Shown one piece after another: positions 46,579-54,785 of a DNA stretch of 64,000 nt. The notes below the pieces were generated by a model. The model was not told the DNA's origin. It made no database searches and saw only the letters and a program-made list of their open reading frames with translations. The stretch's first letter is position 1, and each line of letters opens with the position of its first letter. Location: positions 1 through 64,000 of IMG/VR virus record IMGVR_UViG_3300046713_000096, one strand, 5' to 3'. Source of the DNA: a virus. Made by a program: the position numbers and the translations under genes.

Positions 46579-46864
46579 GGGCACTGTCTGGGTGACTGTC
46601 TGGGCTTCAGTCGCCCGCGATGCTCTTCGGCCCCGTCATTCGCGTCGAAAACAGCTTGTTTTTCAGTCTTAGTAGCCGAGGTGAGACTCGAACTCACACG
46701 ACCCGAAGGTCACCGGATTTTGAGTCCCGTCGAATACCATGCTAGGGTGCTCTTCGGCGAGTTTAGAAGGGTCTGACCTTCCAAAACTTCACTGAACAGA
46801 CCCACCCAGACAGTAACCCAGACAGTTGCCCGAAGGACCCAGACAGTCGGGCACTGTCTGGGTG
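46579..46864. mobile_element. attP with integrase arm-type sites
   Basis: Six copies of CCCAGACAGT or its reverse complement at 46583, 46595, 46805, 46817, 46838 and 46853, flanking the tRNA fragment, just upstream of the integrase. Confidence 0.85.
46670..46727 (-). tRNA. 3' half of tRNA-Leu(CAA) (att core; not a complete tRNA)
   Basis: Minus strand GGA-CTCAAAA-TCC anticodon arm, long variable arm GACC-TTCG-GGTC, T arm GTGAG-TTCGAGT-CTCAC, 3' acceptor strand; no D arm or 5' acceptor strand upstream. Confidence 0.88.
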
Positions 46865-46892
46865 CAGCGATAGCCTACAAAACAAGAGGTAT

Positions 46893-48233
46893 TTGATGTC
46901 GAAAGCACAGGGAAAAGCACCGATCGTCGAGGCCCGCGCACGCGGCACCGTCGAATGGCGTCCCGAAAAAGGGGGGCGCTACATTGCCAAGATCAGCGCC
47001 CCCGGTGGTCGGCGCGTGTATGAAGAAATGGTCGACGACGATGGGGCCTTTCTGTTCACCGACAGAGAGAAGGACGAAGACGCGGCCCGTCGATGCGCTG
47101 CCGAGTATTCGGCAGCGGTGCGCAACACCGACGCGCCCATGCCCGACCGGCTTCGGTTCGAAACGACCGTGCGCATGTTCGGCGAAGAGTGGACGTCGGG
47201 AAAACTTCTGCTGAAGCACGGCAAGGTCAAACGGCTGAAGGCCAAGAAGTCGGTCGACGACGACGTGCGCCGACTCGAACAACACGTCTACCCGTACATC
47301 GGAACGCTGGCCGTCTCGGCCGTGACTGAGCAGCACATCGAACAAGCTTTCGCGAAGGCATGGGTCGCCTTCGAAAAGCGATACGGCTACGAGCCTTCAT
47401 CTGGTACGCGACGTCAGGTGTACATGGTGACGCACCGGCTCTTCGACCTGTCGGTCAGGCCCGGGCGCTTGCGCAAAGACAACCCGGTCGACATCGGGCT
47501 CTTGCCCGAGCCCGATCCCGAGAAGCTCTACAGCTATTTGTACCCGAGCGAGCTTTTGATGTTGCTGAAGTGCGTCGAGATCCCGATCGAGCGTCGCGTT
47601 TACTACGCGCTCGCGACGTACACCGGCCTGCGCAAGGGCTCGATCCTTGTCGCGTCGAAAAGGAAACGGGGCAACGCGAACGAAGACGATAACCTGATCA
47701 AGCGCTACCTGTGGTCGTCGATCGACCTCGAACACTCGACCGTGCTCAGCTTGATCAACAAGAACGGCAGACCACAACTTTTCGATCAGCTCGACGACAC
47801 ACTGCCCGGGCTCGGCTCGCTGATCGAGTTGCTTCGTCGCTGGCGTGAATACAGCGGATGGCCACCTGACTCGGCACCGATCATCGAGACGCTTCACTGT
47901 CGACGACGCAACGAAGCCGCGACGCTTCGACAAGATCTGCTCGTCGCTGGCGTCACGCGCGGCATACTCTTCTCGAACACCGACGAGATCCAAGCGCTGC
48001 GCTTTCACGACTTGCGCGCGACGTTCGTCACGTGGGCAAAGCGCGCAGGCAAACACGACGGCTGGATCAAGCATCGGACCGGCCACATCACCGACACGAT
48101 CATGGAACGATACAACCGCGCAGCGAGCAACGTCAGCGAGCTGCGCATGAAGCCCGGCCCGTTCCCTGACATCTCGCTTGCGATTCCCGAGCTCGTCGAC
48201 GTCAACGTGACTCGGCTGAAGCGTCGACGCTAG
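46893..48233 (+). CDS. int: tyrosine integrase
   Basis: TGLRKG, FHDLRAT, TGH and RY catalytic motifs; adjacent att site. Confidence 0.93.
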   Translation: MMSKAQGKAPIVEARARGTVEWRPEKGGRYIAKISAPGGRRVYEEMVDDDGAFLFTDREKDEDAARRCAAEYSAAVRNTDAPMPDRLRFETTVRMFGEEWTSGKLLLKHGKVKRLKAKKSVDDDVRRLEQHVYPYIGTLAVSAVTEQHIEQAFAKAWVAFEKRYGYEPSSGTRRQVYMVTHRLFDLSVRPGRLRKDNPVDIGLLPEPDPEKLYSYLYPSELLMLLKCVEIPIERRVYYALATYTGLRKGSILVASKRKRGNANEDDNLIKRYLWSSIDLEHSTVLSLINKNGRPQLFDQLDDTLPGLGSLIELLRRWREYSGWPPDSAPIIETLHCRRRNEAATLRQDLLVAGVTRGILFSNTDEIQALRFHDLRATFVTWAKRAGKHDGWIKHRTGHITDTIMERYNRAASNVSELRMKPGPFPDISLAIPELVDVNVTRLKRRR

Positions 48234-48628
48234 GCCAGGCCGTTGCGCTTGAGCATGCGCTGAACGGTATCGCCGAACTCGCCCTTTGGTTTCGGCTTCG
48301 CATCGGCCTCGGGTTTCACCTTCTTGGGGCCGATGCGTCGCGCGGCCAAAAACTTCGCGAGCTCTGACCGCTGCATCATGAGTCGACGACCGACCCGGCT
48401 GACTTCGCATTCGCCTCGCTCGGCAGCTGCGACGATGCGCTTCCACGGGTAGTCATCGCTGCGGATGTTGATCCAGTCGCCGTCATTCGCGGGCAACGCT
48501 CGCTCGGTGAGCGCGCCCAAGAGCTCGCGCACGGTCATGTCGAGCGGGTCGCCGCCCGAGAAAAGCGACGGCGCAGGCCGTGGTGCTTCTTGAACCGCTT
48601 CGACTCGGGGCGGGTGCTTCTTCGACAT
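48230..48628 (-). CDS. excisionase-like winged-helix protein
   Basis: AAERGECEVSRVGRRLMMQRSELAKFL; convergent with and overlapping the integrase stop. Confidence 0.65.
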   Translation of the reverse strand: MSKKHPPRVEAVQEAPRPAPSLFSGGDPLDMTVRELLGALTERALPANDGDWINIRSDDYPWKRIVAAAERGECEVSRVGRRLMMQRSELAKFLAARRIGPKKVKPEADAKPKPKGEFGDTVQRMLKRNGLA

Positions 48629-49373
48629 GCCGATCAGATACCGGCTCGTCGGGCTTCCGCTGAAGTTTTTAGAGTGAGGCGCGCGCCCGTTTGGGGGCTT
48701 CAATGGGGCCGACCCCGAGGGCGGGTCGGAAGGGCGCGCGCCGATCCCGGGTTACCGCCTCTCGCGCGCGCACGCAAGGGGGTCGGCATGGATCGGGCAC
48801 GACGTCGCCAGCCTGTGACTCGCTTCGGCGTCCCGTCGCACGCGCGCTGCCTGTAGCCCTGCATGATCCACGGGCAGCGCAGTGCTTGGGTCGTACACCA
48901 TTGTGCGCGCGTATTTGTTTTCTTCCCTACGAACGCGATCCGCGCGCACGCACGCGAGGGCGACTTGTCTTTCGTCGTGGTTCATCCGGCCAGCATGGTT
49001 CACAGAGGGTCACGACGCCAGCTTGCCAACACGGCAAGCACCACATGCCCATGCGCCCGTCGACGAGCTCTGCATAGAATGGCATCGGCTGCGCGTGCCC
49101 CGCGGGGCACCTGAAGTGCTGGGTCACTTCACTTCCGCCGTTTCTCGATGAACTGATCGACGACAGCGTATGCGAGCACCGGCCAAACCAGCGCCACGAG
49201 AAACCACGTGTAAAGCCCCATGCCCGAGTAGTAGCCGCCGCCGTCACCGTAGCCCTGTCGGCGGCGCTTCATCGCTGCGAGGTGTCGCCGTTCCGAGCCC
49301 GTCATGTAGATGACGTGCGCGAAGCCAATCGCAAGCCAGACGCACGCACCGGTCAGGACCCATCGCATCGCCG

Positions 49374-49673
49374 TCATCTCCAAACCTCGCAAGCCGCTTC
49401 CCATGCCTTCAGCGCGAGAACACCTTCGCGCGTCGCATAGTACATCCGACGAGAGGGACCGATCTCGCCGACGGGCGGAAGCTCTCGACGCGACCACAGG
49501 AAGCCGCTCTTGACCAGTCGCCCAAGTAGCACGTACATCGTGCCTCGCTTCACGTCGGCAGCTCGACAGAGCTGCAACCCATACGAGCCACCGAGATCCA
49601 CGATCATCGAAAGGATCTTCTGCTCGGTCGAACTGAGTCGCGTCGCGTTGCAGTTGTTCGCTTGTGGCGGCAT
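49374..49673 (-). CDS. PadR-family transcription regulator
   Basis: SYGLQL...GTMYVLLGRL...G...RRMYYATREG; start at ATG 49673. Confidence 0.8.
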   Translation of the reverse strand: MPPQANNCNATRLSSTEQKILSMIVDLGGSYGLQLCRAADVKRGTMYVLLGRLVKSGFLWSRRELPPVGEIGPSRRMYYATREGVLALKAWEAACEVWR

Positions 49674-50296
49674 CAAACCTTCTTCGGCGCCACGCGCTGC
49701 AGCTGCGTCGTCGGCGAATAGAGATCGCGAAAGGTCACGACCGCTGCGTTCTGCACGAAATCCCAAGCCTGCCCGGTGTGATCCTTGTTGCCGGACGCGT
49801 CGGGCGTGAAGTGATTTAGCAGCGCATGCAGAAGCTCGTGCATGAGCGGCTGCCCCGTGCCGATCATCTCTTTCGCGAGCGACTTGCGGATGATCGCCAG
49901 CGGCACGCGCTCGAAGGCGCTCGACACGTCGGTCAGGTAGGCCGCGATGCGCTTGCCGAACATCGCTGCGCCGATTTGATCGACGAGCTCGTCGTCAGCG
50001 AAGTGCACCCCGATCCTCGGGAACACGGTTTCGGCGCCAGCGTCCCCCGGGCGCCACGAGCGCCACGCTGTGAAGATTGCAGTCGTCGCGGTCTGACACG
50101 CGTCGAGAAGCAAAAGCCTCTCGCCGTCCGAGCCAGGCGGGTCGATCACGATGACGTCGACCCCGAGCACGCTTGTGCGGATCAGCTGTGCGCCCTTCGG
50201 CCACGAGAGCCGGCGCATGTTGATCCATCCGACCACGCCGACCACGCTGAAGCCGATCATCGTTGCCACGACCACAAACCAAGCTTGTGTGCTCAT
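49673..50296 (-). CDS. membrane-anchored HExxH zincin-like protein
   Basis: N-terminal TM; LMHELLHALL...DH; start at ATG 50296. Confidence 0.55.
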   Translation of the reverse strand: MSTQAWFVVVATMIGFSVVGVVGWINMRRLSWPKGAQLIRTSVLGVDVIVIDPPGSDGERLLLLDACQTATTAIFTAWRSWRPGDAGAETVFPRIGVHFADDELVDQIGAAMFGKRIAAYLTDVSSAFERVPLAIIRKSLAKEMIGTGQPLMHELLHALLNHFTPDASGNKDHTGQAWDFVQNAAVVTFRDLYSPTTQLQRVAPKKV

Positions 50297-50301
50297 ACAC
50301 A

Positions 50302-50829
50302 CTAGGCTAACCGAAGAAATGACCACTCGGGCCCGTCGTACCCTCGCCACATTTCGAGCTGCGCGCTGTAGGGCAACATGAGCGGGCGCCTCGGGTGCCC
50401 GTCTTTGGACATGCCCAAGCACCACGGCTCGACGTCGAGCTCGTCCGATGCCTCTGCAAGCCAGCGCAGCGACCGCGCACGGGGGTCAGGTGGCACCTGC
50501 AGTATCGACGCACCCCATGCGAAGACGACGGCGTCTGTGTCCTGCAGGCGCGCGCGCACGGCTGCGATGTTCGACAGCACGCGCCCTGTTCTGTGGCGCA
50601 GTTCTTTGGGGTCGGTCGCGCGCAAAGAAAACAGGTTCACGACATACATGCGCCCATATCCGAGGCGCTGTGCGAATCCGATGCATTTGCGAATCGTAGG
50701 GTCGTCGACCTCGCCGTCTGCGACCGACGGATTCAGCATTACAAACGTAATCGTTCGCAAGCCATGCCAGTCGCGTAGCAGCCAAAAGCGGTTTTCGCCC
50801 GCGCGATCGATATATGCTTTTCGGATCAT
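50302..50829 (-). CDS. DUF1643 family protein
   Basis: FVMLNPSVAD...DDPTIRKC, VVNLFSLRATDP, AWG, GHPRRPL. Confidence 0.88.
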   Translation of the reverse strand: MIRKAYIDRAGENRFWLLRDWHGLRTITFVMLNPSVADGEVDDPTIRKCIGFAQRLGYGRMYVVNLFSLRATDPKELRHRTGRVLSNIAAVRARLQDTDAVVFAWGASILQVPPDPRARSLRWLAEASDELDVEPWCLGMSKDGHPRRPLMLPYSAQLEMWRGYDGPEWSFLRLA

Positions 50830-50848
50830 CGCTTCCGCACCCGGATCG

Positions 50849-51568
50849 TCATGAGCACAACCTCTTGATCACGTGACCCACGACCTCGCCGCATTTCGGC
50901 ACAACCGCATTGCCTAGCGCTTTACGGCGCGACGAAGGCTTGTCCAATCTTCCGGAAAGCCCATGAACCACTCGCACCATCTTGGGTTCAGCGGCCCGCC
51001 AGCAATCGCCTGAAGCGACAAGCGAATCTTTCCAACGCGACCCGCCGCCCCCCCCCTGTTCGAACCGTACGATTGAGCTGTTAGCGTGGGCAGCAATGAT
51101 GAAGACGCGAGCGCGCCTATGTTTCGCGCCAACATATCGCGCCGCAATCGGGATCGGTAGACACGCATAGCCGTCCCGTGCCAGGGCCCTGCATACAGCG
51201 TCGACCCACTTACGCGCGCCGCTGGCGACATTTTCCACCACGACCCACGACGGGCGAAGCTCTTGAACGATTCGTCGGAACTCAACCCATAAGCCGCTTT
51301 TAGAACCAGCAAGGCCAGCGCGCTTGCCGACGCTGCTGATGTCTTGACACGGGAATCCGCCACAGATGAGATCGACTCGCGCGAGGTTCTTTTTGCCGAC
51401 TGTTTTGACATTTCTGTATCTCTCAACGTCTGGCCAACGTCGAGCAAGAACCGCTCGGCAGTAGGCGTCTCGCTCGACCTGCCACACTGTTTCGCCGATG
51501 CCGGCGCGTTCTAGCCCCAATTCGAGCCCGCCGACGCCCGAAAACAACGACCCGATCTTCATCGTCAT
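50849..51568 (-). CDS. C5 DNA cytosine methyltransferase, alpha polypeptide
   Basis: SLFSGVGG, GGFPCQD, VENV, HRRARVF, ALGNAVV; motif IX absent from this frame. Confidence 0.92.
   Translation of the reverse strand: MTMKIGSLFSGVGGLELGLERAGIGETVWQVERDAYCRAVLARRWPDVERYRNVKTVGKKNLARVDLICGGFPCQDISSVGKRAGLAGSKSGLWVEFRRIVQELRPSWVVVENVASGARKWVDAVCRALARDGYACLPIPIAARYVGAKHRRARVFIIAAHANSSIVRFEQGGGGGSRWKDSLVASGDCWRAAEPKMVRVVHGLSGRLDKPSSRRKALGNAVVPKCGEVVGHVIKRLCS
50914..51447 (-). CDS. nested alternative-frame methyltransferase beta polypeptide (motif IX)
   Basis: LNPRWCEWFMGFPEDWT in the +1 frame, wholly inside the MTase gene; start uncertain. Confidence 0.7.
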   Translation of the reverse strand: MLDVGQTLRDTEMSKQSAKRTSRESISSVADSRVKTSAASASALALLVLKAAYGLSSDESFKSFARRGSWWKMSPAARVSGSTLYAGPWHGTAMRVYRSRLRRDMLARNIGALASSSLLPTLTAQSYGSNRGGAAGRVGKIRLSLQAIAGGPLNPRWCEWFMGFPEDWTSLRRAVKR

Positions 51569-52140
51569 GACTTGAGTCGCTGCCTACCGAGGTGGCCGCG
51601 CAAAACACGCAGGTAGTAGAACACGCGAAGCTTGGCCTTCTTCCACCATGGAAGCGCCGAGTACAGCGCACGGGCGTGATCCGTCACGACCTGCTTCGTC
51701 AGCAACACGACCACGCCCGTGCGCATGAGCTGCGTCTGCAGCCGGGCGAAGCGCTTGGCTTCGTTCGGTTTCAGCTTCCGCGCCGACGATGTCGTCACGA
51801 GCTGCGTGAACTCTTGAACCGACCGGGCATTCAGACGATTGACCCGGGCGTCGACTACAGCGAATCGCATTGGTTGACCGCTCATGCCCATAGGTACGCG
51901 ACGACCCGGGCCGGCGCTGACTCGACCACAGCACCCGCCACCTTGCCCGGGCGTTTCCAAGCGTCGCCGCCACAGGATACGATCGAGCCACATCCGATCG
52001 CCGTCACAGTAAAGGGAAGACGTCGAGCGCATGACGACTACAGCCGGGGCAGTGTGCGGCTTCTGCCATCGCCCGCGATGCCGCGCAGCTTCGTCTTACT
52101 TTCTTCGGATCGCGACCTCACACCGAAAGGCCCGCAACGA

Positions 52141-52410
52141 ATGACGAACGAGCGGCACGCACAGATCAGGGTTCGACTGCGAGAGATGACCTGCAAACGA
52201 GTAAGCGTGCCGATCGACTTGTATTTCGTGGGATGGGGCCCGAACGAAGACGGCACAAAGACGTTTTGGTGTGTTGGACCGGGGCTGCAGCTCGTCGAAG
52301 GTACGACGCTGCGCGCTGACACCGATGTCGCCGACTTCGAAACGCTTCACGAATTTCTTGGCATGGTTACATCCGACCACGAATCGATGCTAAACGACTT
52401 GATGCGTTGA
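52141..52410 (+). CDS. hypothetical protein
   Basis: ATG 52141 coupled (ATGA) to a 37-aa CxxC ORF starting at 52031. Confidence 0.45.
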   Translation: MTNERHAQIRVRLREMTCKRVSVPIDLYFVGWGPNEDGTKTFWCVGPGLQLVEGTTLRADTDVADFETLHEFLGMVTSDHESMLNDLMR

Positions 52411-52462
52411 AGCGTTCATCCGATACTTATGGTGTCACGTTTCAACAAGAGGACAAAACGCC

Positions 52463-52915
52463 GTGAAGTTTGTATCGACACTGTTCGCCGCTGCCCTGCT
52501 ACTGACCGCAAACGTCGCCGAAGCCAAGAAGCCAGAAGCCAAAGCGACTTTCACCTGTGCGATCGTCGACCTGAAGGTCGTTACCGAGCTCGATGGCCGT
52601 GGTTGGGAACGCTTCAATGCCCTCGTGCGCATGAGCTGCACGAACACGGGCCCCAACGTCGCGAGCATCGACGTCGCACATGTATTCTTAGAGGATCAAG
52701 AGTACGAATGGGACCCATCGAGTGATATCGACGTCTTCAATTCCTACTACGGCAACGACCCCTCGGTCGACTTCGCGCGGCGCACCATCAAGACGGCACC
52801 TGGCAAATCGTCCGACTTCGTCTTTTTCTTCGAAGACGTAAACAGCAAGTACGGCGTCGACCTCGTACTTGACGCCGACGGCACGAAGTATCCCTTGCCA
52901 GTGTTGCCACACTGA
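52463..52915 (+). CDS. secreted beta-sandwich protein (DUF4352-like)
   Basis: Signal peptide MKFVSTLFAAALLLTANVAEA; beta-rich mature part. Confidence 0.6.
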   Translation: MKFVSTLFAAALLLTANVAEAKKPEAKATFTCAIVDLKVVTELDGRGWERFNALVRMSCTNTGPNVASIDVAHVFLEDQEYEWDPSSDIDVFNSYYGNDPSVDFARRTIKTAPGKSSDFVFFFEDVNSKYGVDLVLDADGTKYPLPVLPH

Positions 52916-52948
52916 TATGACGATGTGGTGACATAACCCACCCACACA

Positions 52949-52990
52949 AAAAAGTTTGCGCGTTGAAGCAAACGGGACTAGGTTATAGCC
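52949..52990 (+). promoter_or_regulatory. sigma70-like promoter for a leaderless transcript, with CGTT-N6-AACG palindrome
   Basis: A-tract, TTGCGC-17-TAGGTT, ATG 6 nt later, no SD. Confidence 0.6.
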
Positions 52991-53386
52991 ATGGACGCGA
53001 CGAGCAACGGTTACCGCTTCGCAGAGCTCGCTCTCGGTGAGAGTTTGCAGTCGCCGACAGTGTGTGATCATTGTGGACGAGAGGATCTCAAGCGCACGAT
53101 AAAGCTGATCAATCCAGAAGGTCGCGCCATGTGGATAGGTGGCGGCTGCGCCGCTCGGTTGATGGGCGTCGAAGTGAAAGTCGTACGTGCCGCCAAGAAG
53201 GTCGCAGAGGATCGCGCCTACGAAGCCGAGCAAGCTGCCAAGCGCGCGGCGCACAGGCTCGAAGACGCTGCCTGGCAAGCCTTTCTCGACCGCAACGCGC
53301 CTGGCCTCGACCGCTACGATCAGATCCGTGCGTTGGGCGGCATGGCCAAAGCGCGCGAGCTCTTGCGCCAACAGTCGGCCAGCTGA
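52991..53386 (+). CDS. zinc-binding hypothetical protein
   Basis: CDHCGR...GGGCA. Confidence 0.6.
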   Translation: MDATSNGYRFAELALGESLQSPTVCDHCGREDLKRTIKLINPEGRAMWIGGGCAARLMGVEVKVVRAAKKVAEDRAYEAEQAAKRAAHRLEDAAWQAFLDRNAPGLDRYDQIRALGGMAKARELLRQQSAS

Positions 53387-53488
53387 TGTAAGTGGAAGCT
53401 GACGAAGGACATGCGCTCACAGTACGCCTGACAGCTTCGACTTTCCCACATGCGGCGCCGATCACCTGGAAGAAGTAAAACAGGGTGA

Positions 53489-53956
53489 GTGAAGAAGTTG
53501 TTTCTGTTGCTCGTTTTCGCCGCGGCATGCGCACCGCTTGGCGAGAATCAAGCCGCGAAATATCGGGCCGAGATGAAGCTGATCGTGCAGTCGATGGCCA
53601 TCGACGGCCACCACGTCGACGCGAACGAGCTCGGGGGCATCGACGTCATCGAGTTGCCGCTCGACGAGCTGCACGAGCACTGCAAGCGCAATGCCTACGG
53701 CTGCACGACGGGCTACGTGTCAGGTGTTACGATCCTCTTGCCTGATCGACGCGCATGGGTGTGCACGGGTGAACCGGGCACGCGCAAGGGTCAAGGATGC
53801 TGGTACACACAGGGCGAGATCGCGCTTCACGAATACACACACGCCGCCTATCGCCAGCTCGGGATCGAAACGGGCGACCATCCTGATTTTTTCAAAAAGA
53901 CCTTCAAGCGCGCCTATGACGAATGGGCCTTGTGGAATCACCCCGACGAAGAATAG
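53489..53956 (+). CDS. lipoprotein with HExxH zincin motif
   Basis: MKKLFLLLVFAAAC lipobox-like; IALHEYTHA...DH..FF (SprT-like). Confidence 0.65.
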   Translation: MKKLFLLLVFAAACAPLGENQAAKYRAEMKLIVQSMAIDGHHVDANELGGIDVIELPLDELHEHCKRNAYGCTTGYVSGVTILLPDRRAWVCTGEPGTRKGQGCWYTQGEIALHEYTHAAYRQLGIETGDHPDFFKKTFKRAYDEWALWNHPDEE

Positions 53957-53968
53957 AAGGCGAACCCA

Positions 53969-54286
53969 ATGGATCCGAACGCAGCCCTTGACGGCATTCT
54001 CTCGAACTTCATGATCTCCGATCACGCAGAGGCGCTCGCGGGATGGCTCGCAAAAGAGGGCTTCGCGCCTGACGAACGCACATTGCCCGAGCACGACAGG
54101 TGCCCGGCGTTTATCCGCCAGCACGTCGCGCGCCATTACCCGGGCGCTGACTTCGAGTCGATTCGTGTGCGCGCGGATCGCGCGGGCTTGTGGACTGCCC
54201 CGCCCGCGGGGCAGTGGTTGTCACTCGCGATCTGGCCTGACCTCATGAGCGCCGACGACGACGAGTGCGACGAGCAGTCAGAATAG
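53969..54286 (+). CDS. hypothetical protein
   Basis: MDPNAAL...LAGWLAKEGFAP. Confidence 0.55.
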   Translation: MDPNAALDGILSNFMISDHAEALAGWLAKEGFAPDERTLPEHDRCPAFIRQHVARHYPGADFESIRVRADRAGLWTAPPAGQWLSLAIWPDLMSADDDECDEQSE

Positions 54287-54293
54287 CTTACCT

Positions 54294-54337
54294 AAAAAGT
54301 TGTTGCGTTGAAGCGAACGCCTGCTAGTCTAGTTCTC
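54294..54337 (+). promoter_or_regulatory. second copy of the leaderless promoter/operator
   Basis: AAAAAGTT...GCGTTGAAGCGAACG, TTGCGT-16-TAGTCT, ATG 7 nt later. Confidence 0.6.
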
Positions 54338-54739
54338 ATGGACGCACGCCGCTTCATTCTCGCTGGAAACGCAACGTTCACGATCACGAGTGCCAAGTCG
54401 GGCACGCGGTTCACGTACAAGATCAAGGCGAAAGAGCTCGACGGCGGCCGCACGTTGCACTTCGTCTCGGTGCTGACCGGCGACGACAACGAATCCGACT
54501 ACACGTTTTTGGGAACGATCTTCGAGGGCCGCGAGTTTCGCCACAGCTCGAAGTCGCGGATCGGTCGCGAGGCCCCTTCGGCGCGCGCCTTCGCTTGGTC
54601 GTTCACGCGGATCATGGGCGAGTCGCTGAACGGTCAGGCGACCGTGCACCACGAAGGCCGGTGCGGACGCTGTGGCCGCAAGCTGACCGTGCCGAGCTCG
54701 ATTGAACTCGGCCTCGGGCCCGAGTGCGCTGGCGCGTGA
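54338..54739 (+). CDS. DUF6011 zinc-finger protein
   Basis: GNATFTITS..SGTRFTYK; HEGRCGRCGRKLTVPSSIELGLGPEC. Confidence 0.85.
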   Translation: MDARRFILAGNATFTITSAKSGTRFTYKIKAKELDGGRTLHFVSVLTGDDNESDYTFLGTIFEGREFRHSSKSRIGREAPSARAFAWSFTRIMGESLNGQATVHHEGRCGRCGRKLTVPSSIELGLGPECAGA

Positions 54740-54753
54740 CCGCTTTTGGCAAA

Positions 54754-54785
54754 GCGCCCCGAGGCGAGACTCGCTTTCGGGGCGC
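54754..54785. terminator. hairpin between convergent transcription units
   Basis: GCGCCCCGA...TCGGGGCGC stem; AAA on the left gives a short U-tract on the minus strand. Confidence 0.55.

Noticed and set aside
46670-46760. Complete phage tRNA-Leu gene
   Set aside because: No D arm or 5' acceptor strand upstream of the anticodon arm; it is an att core.
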